The position numbers were made by a program, and so were the translations under genes. The notes beneath the pieces were generated by a model. That model saw only the letters and a list, made by a program, of their open reading frames with translations, ran no database searches and was not told the DNA's origin. From a virus: 64,000 nt of DNA. Below, one piece after another: positions 10,172 to 19,000 of the stretch; the stretch's first letter is position 1, and every line of letters begins with the position of its first letter. The stretch is from positions 1 to 64,000 of the IMG/VR virus record IMGVR_UViG_3300023179_000069. The stretch is one strand, 5' to 3'.

Positions 10172-10877
10172 TGAAACAGCAATTAAAAACATGGAGCTTC
10201 AGGTAAAAAGAAAAATTGCCGGAATAGAAGAAATTGTTTTACCCAGATCTTTAACAGAAATATCAAAAGCAATTTTTACTATTACCGGAAAACAATTTAT
10301 TAGAAATATTAATAGAGATGCCAAAGCAAATAAAAATCTTTCTCATATGTATGAATGGAAAAATTCAGGAATTAATACAAAAAGATTATTTTTGCTTAAT
10401 AGAAATTCAGTTCAAAATGGTAATTTAATAATATCTACAAAATTTTTAAAATCTAAAGATTTTGTTCCAATCAAAAAACAACTCTCTAAACCCGGAGCTA
10501 CAGGAAAGTCAGTTACTGCTAAAAATATTTTTAAAGATAAAGCAAAAATTATGGAAGCGGGAACTCCTGTAACAATTAATCCTAAAAAATATTTAGTTTT
10601 TCCCGGCAAAAGTGGAAGACTTGTGTTTATCAAAAAGCCAAATTCTGTTATTGTAAGAAATCCCGGTGGAAAAGGAACAACTAATGCTTATAAAAAATAT
10701 CTCAATGCTTGGTATAAAAAAAATGGTGCTGTTGTAATAGAAAAATCAATGTTATTTAAAAAAATTGAAAAAAGAGTAGGCGTTGAACTTAATAAAAATA
10801 GTGGTGGGCCAGTGGAAGCAAGAAAGGCCATTGCAGAAATATCTCAAAAATATTCTGAAGGATTAACAACATTATGA
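10152..10877 (+). CDS. Neck/tail-completion protein
   Basis: Basic 241-aa protein between stopper and tail terminator. Confidence 0.5.
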   Translation: MISIRVDETAIKNMELQVKRKIAGIEEIVLPRSLTEISKAIFTITGKQFIRNINRDAKANKNLSHMYEWKNSGINTKRLFLLNRNSVQNGNLIISTKFLKSKDFVPIKKQLSKPGATGKSVTAKNIFKDKAKIMEAGTPVTINPKKYLVFPGKSGRLVFIKKPNSVIVRNPGGKGTTNAYKKYLNAWYKKNGAVVIEKSMLFKKIEKRVGVELNKNSGGPVEARKAIAEISQKYSEGLTTL

Positions 10878-11386
10878 CAGAAAATAAATATGACAAATTA
10901 GCATCTAGAGATATTAGATATTTTTTGTGGGAAGCATTCAAAACCAGTGGTCTTTTTAATGAAAACGACTACATAGCAGATGGATTTGATGTACCTTTAG
11001 TTCCAATTATTCCATCTCAACAAATTCCAGAATTTAATAATTTGTTACCCGGAAAACCATATATTTATTATGACTTTGAAGTTTTACCATCAGAAGAAAA
11101 TTGGTGGGTAACAGAAGAAATGATGACTCTTTATGTTGTTTCTTCAAATTATGATTTTATAAATAAAGTAAATAATTTTATTTTAGATATATTTAGAAGA
11201 TATGATGAATCTGCCTTGTGGATAAATTATTCTTTTACAGAACAAAATGGATTTAAATTTCATTTCATCAGAATTGAATCAATTAGTTCACCATTTCCAT
11301 TTGAAAGCGAAGGTGGACTCCTTGGATCAGAAATTAAAATTAATTATTCGTATAGTAGAGTAACAAACTACTTTGGAATGTTTTAG
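10874..11386 (+). CDS. Tail terminator protein
   Basis: Acidic 170 aa, 'KPYIYYD', immediately before tail tube. Confidence 0.55.
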   Translation: MTENKYDKLASRDIRYFLWEAFKTSGLFNENDYIADGFDVPLVPIIPSQQIPEFNNLLPGKPYIYYDFEVLPSEENWWVTEEMMTLYVVSSNYDFINKVNNFILDIFRRYDESALWINYSFTEQNGFKFHFIRIESISSPFPFESEGGLLGSEIKINYSYSRVTNYFGMF

Positions 11387-11466
11387 TTTTGCTAAATAGT
11401 ATGTTATTATTTATTTTGAGGAAGTGATTTTGCCAATTCTAAAAAGGAAGGTGGTGAATAAAAAAT

Positions 11467-12363
11467 ATGGCTAATGTTAGAAATGTTATCGTTGGTGCCG
11501 CACAGGTTTTTGTTAGTAGAGGTTCAAATGAATTAAGACCAGCAACTTACTACAAGGCACAGTATTACGGTACAGCCCCAGCAGTAAACTGGTCAGACTC
11601 TCAATCAGCAAGAGGCTGGCTTATGGGTACAACAGGTGCTTCTCAGTGGAGAGATGTCGGTTATACAAACAATGGACTTGAAGTTTCATATGAGCCCGGT
11701 TATGGCGATGTAATGGTTGATCAACTACTTGATGCCGCTAGACTATTCAAGCAATCAATTAGAATTACTTTAAGAACAGAGCTTGCAGAAGGAACACTAG
11801 AAAATATGGCTCTTGCTTTTGGTCAGCCAGATCCATCACTAGAGTTCTCAGCTTCAACAGGAAGCATCACAGCAGCCTCTGTTCTTCAGACACTTACAGG
11901 TGCAACTACTTCAGCTACAAGCGGATACGCACAGCTTGGACTTGCAGCCGGATCTCTTGGAGATCAGCCAGTAGAGCGTTCAATTATTGCTGTTGGTCAG
12001 GCTCCAGAACAATTTGGTTCAAACTTAAGAACTGGTGCGTCAACATTTACACAAACATCTACACAATCAGCAACAGGCTCTGCAGCATTTTCTTTGCTTT
12101 CGGCAGCTGCTCTTGCCAATGTTGGATCTGCTTCATCAGGTTCAACTGTCTATGGAAACAATGAGGCAGGAACATATGGCTCAATGCGTGAGCGTGTTTA
12201 CATTGCTCGTAGAGTTGTACAGATGGATGCATCTACACACTCTCTAAAGCGTGATACAGGTGTTACATTCCCCGTTACATTCCGTTGTCTACCAGACGAC
12301 AATGATGTATATGACGCTGCAGAATACGGTGTTGTTATTGATCGTATCTACTCAGTATTCTAA
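11467..12363 (+). CDS. Major tail (tube) protein
   Basis: 'DVGYTNNGLEVSYEP', 'TELAEGTLEN', 'FPVTFRCLPD' siphoviral tube motifs; terminator after. Confidence 0.85.
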   Translation: MANVRNVIVGAAQVFVSRGSNELRPATYYKAQYYGTAPAVNWSDSQSARGWLMGTTGASQWRDVGYTNNGLEVSYEPGYGDVMVDQLLDAARLFKQSIRITLRTELAEGTLENMALAFGQPDPSLEFSASTGSITAASVLQTLTGATTSATSGYAQLGLAAGSLGDQPVERSIIAVGQAPEQFGSNLRTGASTFTQTSTQSATGSAAFSLLSAAALANVGSASSGSTVYGNNEAGTYGSMRERVYIARRVVQMDASTHSLKRDTGVTFPVTFRCLPDDNDVYDAAEYGVVIDRIYSVF

Positions 12364-12377
12364 TTTTAAATAATTAG

Positions 12378-12414
12378 CATAAGAACCCCCAGCAATGGGG
12401 GTTTTTATGTTTTT
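12378..12414 (+). terminator. Intrinsic terminator after tail tube
   Basis: CATAAGAACCCCCA-GCAA-TGGGGGTTTTTATG followed by a T run. Confidence 0.8.
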
Positions 12415-12425
12415 ATTACAAACTT

Positions 12426-12434
12426 TGATATAAT
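12426..12434 (+). promoter_or_regulatory. Extended -10 promoter TGATATAAT
   Basis: After terminator, before RBS AGGAGG of tail chaperone. Confidence 0.6.
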
Positions 12435-12460
12435 TTAATGAAACCACTATAGGAGGAAAA

Positions 12461-12796
12461 ATGGCAAATACAGTTTATGATGTTTTAGAAATCAAGCTGT
12501 CAAATGGTGAAGAAATTATAATTAAACCTTTATCCATTAAAAATTTAAGAAAATTTATGGAAATTATAAAAAAACTAGATTCTGATAAAATTAAAACAGA
12601 AGAAGATGCTATGGAAGTTTTTATTGAAGCTGGAATGCTTTGTTTGAGTCAATTTAAACCAGAGCTTGCTGAAGATAGAGATAAGTTTGAGGAAGTCATT
12701 GAGATTCCAACCTTAATGAAAATCCTTGAAATTGCTGGAGGAATGAAAACTACTGACCCAAATCTCCTAGCGGCGGGTCTAGATGGGATGATCTAG
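12461..12796 (+). CDS. Tail assembly chaperone (gpG-like)
   Basis: Between tail tube and tape measure; slippery heptamer near its 3' end. Confidence 0.8.
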   Translation: MANTVYDVLEIKLSNGEEIIIKPLSIKNLRKFMEIIKKLDSDKIKTEEDAMEVFIEAGMLCLSQFKPELAEDRDKFEEVIEIPTLMKILEIAGGMKTTDPNLLAAGLDGMI

Positions 12797-13077
12797 ATTT
12801 AGTCGCTTTAGAATCCGAAATTTTCCTATTAGGACACTGGAAAAATTATGAAGATTTAGAAACTAATTTGTCTGTAGAAGAATTGATTGTTACGCTAAAT
12901 GCAATCAATGAAAAAGAAAAAAGACAGCAACATTTTGCAGCAGCATTAAAAGGAATAAATCTAGAGGATAATGCTGAAAAGGATGAAGATGATATTACAT
13001 CACTCAAGGGCTGGCAAGCAGATAAAGAAGGGTTCGGAATTGGAATGGGTCTAGGACACATTGTTGATGGAGGCTAA
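12757..13077 (+). CDS. Tail assembly chaperone extension (gpT-like), reached by -1 frameshift
   Basis: -1 frame is open from 12757 (PKSPSGGSRWDDLDLVALESEIFLLGHWKNYEDLE...) starting exactly at C CCA AAT (12757-12763). Confidence 0.8.
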   Translation, partial: PKSPSGGSRWDDLDLVALESEIFLLGHWKNYEDLETNLSVEELIVTLNAINEKEKRQQHFAAALKGINLEDNAEKDEDDITSLKGWQADKEGFGIGMGLGHIVDGG

Positions 13078-13087
13078 CACTTATTAG

Positions 13088-16000
13088 ATGAGTACAATTA
13101 TTGACTTTAAGCTCATAGCTAATGCTAACTTTGCACCAGTTTATAGCGAATTGGCAAAGATTAGAGCATCTATGGCTTCTTTGTCACAAAGTACAGTTAC
13201 AAGTGGCATTACAAAAGGCATGACTGCAGGATTAAAAGCCGCAGAAGAACAAATGCTCAGAAACATTTCCGGTGTTAAAGGTTTTCAAACAGAAACCGTC
13301 AAGCTTTCATCTGCTACAGATAGACTTACCAAAAGCTTGGTACAAAGTAAATTTACGCTTGGTCAATATATGTCCATGTGGGGCAAGCAAAAATCAATAA
13401 TTCCAGAATTAAATGCAATTGCTGAAGCACAATCAAGAGTTGCACAATCAATGGTTGTTCCATCTGCAACAAGGCAGGGAATGGCACATGTTATTACTGC
13501 TATGAATGGAATGAAGAATGCAACACTTCAAACAAAAATTTATCAACAAGCATTGAATACTGCTCTCAGAGATGGTGCAACTTCTTTAATTAATTTTGGT
13601 AAAAATACTCAATGGGCTGGTCGTCAGCTGACTGCTGGTTTTACTATGCCATTAACAATTGCTGCCGGACTTATTTCAAAAATGTTTTATGATGTTGATA
13701 AGAATCTTACCAGATTATCTAGAGTTTATGGTGCAGGATTAGCAAAACCAACAGAAGAAACAATAAGAAACATTAAAAAACAAATTATGGATGTTTCAAA
13801 AGAATTATCTAAAACGCTGGGAATTTCAGCAAAAGAAGTAACAGATACAGCAGCAGAATTAGCAGCAGCAGGTCTTTCAGGAAAAACTCTTGTTGAAGCA
13901 ACACGACAAGCATCAAGAATTGTGGTCCTCGGAGAAACAGATAAACAAGAAGCAGTCAAGGCAACTATTGCTTTACAAACCGCATACAGATTAAATACTG
14001 AAGAATTAACTGAATCTGTAAACTTTTTCAATGCTGCTCAAGCAGCAACATCAACAAACATGCAAGATCTAATTGAAGCCGTTCCAAGAGTTGGTCCAGT
14101 TGTTAAAGGTCTGGGTGGAACATATAAAGATATGGTTGCATTGCTGACAGCAATGAAAGAAGGTGGTGTTCCCGCAGGCGAAGCTGCAAACGCAATTAAA
14201 AACTCTCTTGCTAGAATTATTAATCCCACTGAAGCCGCTCAGAAAAGACTAAAATCTTTCGGCATAGATATTAAAGAAATTGTTGCAAAAAATGCCGGGA
14301 ATTTAACAGGAACAATAGTTTCTCTTCAAAGTCAACTAGATAATTTATCATCAACACAAAGACAACAAGCAATTGCTGAATTGTTTGGAAAGTTCCAGTT
14401 TGCTCGTATGGTTGCTCTTATGGATAATTTTGGAAAAGTTGGAACACAATCTGCCAAAGTAATTCAAATGATGGGTCTTTCTGCAAGAGATCTTGCCAAA
14501 ATTGCTGATGAACAGACAAAGAAAATTCAACAATCAGCATCAGGTAAATTTAAGATTGCTATTGAATCTATTAAAACAGAATTAATTCCAATCGGCGAAC
14601 AATTTCTTAAAGTCTTTACATTTATTATTGACAAAGTAGATTCAGTTATTAAATTTTTTAATAAACTTGGACCAATGAAAAATATTATTTTGTCAATATT
14701 GGGTGGCGCAGCCATCGTTGGTCCAATTACAATGGTCATCGGTTTGTTTGCTAACTTGGCAGGACAAATTTTAAAATCAGTAAATAACATTAGAATGTTT
14801 AAACAAGGATTTATGAGCGCGATTGGGCAAGGACCAATTGCTGGTATTATGGCAGGACTTAAAGGATTAAATAACTATTTTATTCAAATTGATAAAGCCC
14901 AATTAGCATCAAAGGCTTTATCAGGCGAAGTTCATGGATTAGTTGTGAGAGAAGAACAAGCTATTGCTTCTTTGACTAAAGCAATAGCAATGTATAGAAC
15001 TGAAGTAGAAAGATTAATTGCAACACAATCAGGAGTTAGAGTTGCAGGCAATGTTCCATTTTTCCCAACATCTGCACCAACAACATCCGGTCAAATTATT
15101 GGCGCAACAGGAAGATATTCATCTCCATTAGTAACACCAATTTCTTCAGCTATGAGATCAAGACAAGGTTTTGAATCTGAAGGAAGATTTGTTGAAATGA
15201 TGCATTATAGTCCATATATGGATACAGCAAGAGGTACAGATGTTTTAGGTCAAGGCGGAAATTGGCAAGAAAGAAACGCCTTGGGCTCAGCAGCAATTTT
15301 TCCTGCAATTATGGCAAGACAAGGATCAGACATACAAGCATTAAATCAAATATATGGTTCAAAACAAACTCCAACATTATCTCCAAGAATGATGACACCA
15401 CAAAATCTTCAAGCAGTTATGGCAGCTATGAATATTCCATTAAATGCCGCTAATATAACAGCAGCACAAAAAGCATTTTCTCTTGAAACAATTGCTTCTC
15501 ATGAAACAGGAAGAATGGGAAGCCTTCTTGCAATGCAAGCTTTATCAACCAGTCAAAGAGCAGAATTAAAAACAATTGCTGGAACTCATGGAGCAGATAG
15601 CGCACAAGTAACAGCATATCTTAAATCCGCACTTGGACCAGAATATCAAAGAATTATGCAATCTGTTGGAGCCAATGTTTTATCACTTTATGAAAAAGCA
15701 GAAAAAGAAGTTCTTTCTCATTCTAAATTTGCCACCGCTCCAATTGCAGAACAGGTTAGAGGAATTTCTACAAGATTTGGTGAATTATTAAGAAGTCAAT
15801 ATAAAATAATTTTTGAAACTCTTGACAATGATATTCTTAATTCAATTATGGTTTCAATTAAAGTTCCACTTGAAGAGGCAAAAACAACAATTCTTGAAGC
15901 AGCAAGAAAAAATGCTCTTGCTAGAATTCCCAATCTTGTTTCATCTGCACAAGAATCAGCAAATGTAATTATTGCTGCATTTGAACAATTAGTTGCAAGA

Positions 16001-19000
16001 ATAAGAGCAGCATCAATTGAAATAGCAGCAACAACGGCAAGAGGCGCTATTGGAATGCCAATGCCAACCCGCCTAGGAAGAATGGCAAATGCCGGAACAA
16101 TTTCTCGTGGTCCGTTCATGCTCAATACTGGAGGAAAAATTACAGGTCCGGGAGGACCAAAAGACGATGTTATTCCGGCAATGCTTTCAGATGGCGAATA
16201 TGTAATTAAAGCATCATCAGTAGCAAAATATGGAACAGGATTCATGGATGCCATTAATGCTGGAAAATATGCTACCGGAGGCCTTGTAAAAGGCTATGAA
16301 GATGGATCTTTAATATCAAAAACAATTAATAATATTAAGTTTAATTCTTCACAATTAGAGGCCGGAATGCTAGACTCTATGGGTCTAAAATGGCTTGAAA
16401 AAATGATAGCTGAAGGAGCTTTCAATTCAGGTTTTGAAAGAAGTCATAAAGTTGGACAAGGAATATTAAGTGGAATAAGCGGAGCTGGAAAATGGGCATC
16501 AGGGTGGCATTACATTTCTCCATCAACACACAACCAACTACTTGGTCAATTATATCGTGTATATAAAAATAAAAAATTTCAAGGTGCATTTACAGGATAC
16601 AACAATGTAATAAGAATGATGAAGACAAATGGAGACATTGTTTCATATCAAGATGCCAAAGAATTATTAAAATTTTTAAATAGTGGAAGATTAGACGGAA
16701 TTGTTGAAAGAAGCAAAGATATTAAAGGACAATGGCATAGTTTTAGCACTAGAGGAGGTACCACATCCGGAAGAATTTCTGAATCAAAAGCGTGGTTGAG
16801 TTCATTAATTGAAGGTGGGGAAGCAAAATTTAATGCAAAAATGTCACTTTTGACAGGAATTTCTACAATGAGCAGATCTAGAAATCTTGCATCTACTCAA
16901 TCAGGATTTTCAAGATTTATGTCAATTTTTGAAAATACTCCTAAAAAATTTGTTGGATTTAGAGGAATTCGTGCAGTTGCAGCAAATGGCGGATTAGTAA
17001 GAGGATTTAATGCCGGTGGAATGGAAGGTTCATTTATTCCCTATCCAGAAATTGATGGTGTAAAAGTAACTCCATTTATTGAAGCTAATTTGAAAAAAGC
17101 TTTACAAAGTCCAATGTATAAAGAAAGAATGAGCAAGATTCTACAAACTCCCGGAGAATTTGCAAAATGGGTAGCCAGACTTGAAGAAGCATTTTTAACA
17201 TATAGACCAAAACAATGGGCTAGACAAGCAGAATTTTTTGATCCATATAGAATGACAACCCCTCAAGAACAAGCAAGACTTGATCAATCTTTAATGTTAA
17301 ATGCAAAAAGAAGTCTTGAGCATGAGCAAACAAGAAAAAGAATAGAAGCACAAATAGCAGAAGGAGTAAGACCTAGATACTACACAGATATTCTTGGAAA
17401 TGATACTCCTTATAGAAAATGGCTTGCAGAATTTGGATCAGAAGAAGAAGTTGCCAGATATTGGAAAAATATGGGAGGTAGAAGATTAAGATTTATAATT
17501 CCTCCATTAGCATCCGGTGGAAAAATTTATGGAGCCGGTGGTCCCACAGACGATAAAATTCCAGCTCTTCTTTCAAATGGAGAATATGTAGTTAAAGCAG
17601 ACTCTGTTGCTAAATATGGAACAGGTTTTATGGATGCTCTCAATGCTGGTAAATTTGCAAATGGAGGAATTGCTAGATTTGCAAAAGGTACCCCCGAACA
17701 AAGAATGAATACATATTTAGGCGGAAAAGATCCAATTCTTGCAGAAAAAATTATTGGATTTAGATCAAGTGTTCAAGACACATTGGGAAATTTTGCCACA
17801 AGTTTGAAAGCTGGACTATTAAATGGATTAAATCCAATTAAAGAATCATTAGCTACAACCTCAACACAATTTAAAAAAATGGCTATTTCTGCACAAAACA
17901 ATTTTAATCAGCTTTCCATTTTTAATAGACCTACACAAGTTCCAATTGGAACTGGATCAGGAAGTAATACTTTTACAAAAGATCAATATAAGTCTGTTTA
18001 TCAAAATTATAAATCACAATATATGAGGCAAGGCTTAACATCCGAAGAAGCTTCTGCACAGGCTCATCAGTCAGCTCAACAACATATTAGAGGAATAACT
18101 GGATCACAACCTTCATCTTACTCTACTTCTGGAGTTGGTGCAAGCGAAAAAGAATATAGATTACAAACAAGAAATATGAATAGGGGCAGAATTTCAAAAT
18201 TCTTTAAACCAAATTTGTCTCCCGAAGAAATGCAAAGCAGATCTATGAGGGGGATGGGGCTTGGAATGGGAATTTCAATGGGCTCTATGATGGCTGCAGG
18301 AGCAATTCATGGACAGGGAGCAGGTTCTGAAGCTGCAAGATCGGGATTAATGTCAGCGGGAATGGTGGGAGGAATTCTTCCAATGCTAGCTCCGGGAATG
18401 GGTATACCGGGAATTGGAGCTGTCCTTGCAGGGGTAGCAGCATTATCCGTAGGATTTACTTTTCTTTCTAAACATCTTAAAGATGTAAAAGAAAGAGCAT
18501 TAGATGCCGATGCCGCGTTTAAAGAATCTTTTACAATTCCAAAAGATGAAGCCGCTGCCCTAGGAATTAAATTAAAAGATTTAAGTAAAGTTATAAGTTA
18601 TGCAGGAAAAGATACAGATAAAGCAAAAACATCAATTGACATATATGCACAATCTATTTTGCAACAAGCAGAATCCAGCGACAGCATGAAAAGATTTCTT
18701 AAAACAATTAAAAATGCAGGAGATGACCCAGAAAAATTAAATAAAATATTAAATGATAGATATCAAACAGAAATCATGCTTGGTCAAACAATGCAAGATG
18801 CAACTACTCATGTTTTAGCATTTGCTCAAGTTACAGGAACTGCTTTTAATGCTTCTAGCCTTAATAAAATGAGTCCAGTGCAAATATTACTCAAAGCAAA
18901 TAAAGAAAATCTTGGATCATTTGTAGCATCATCATTACAAAATCCAAATTCATCAACAGATCAATTGCAAACATTATTTAAAGCCGGAGGAGTTACACAA

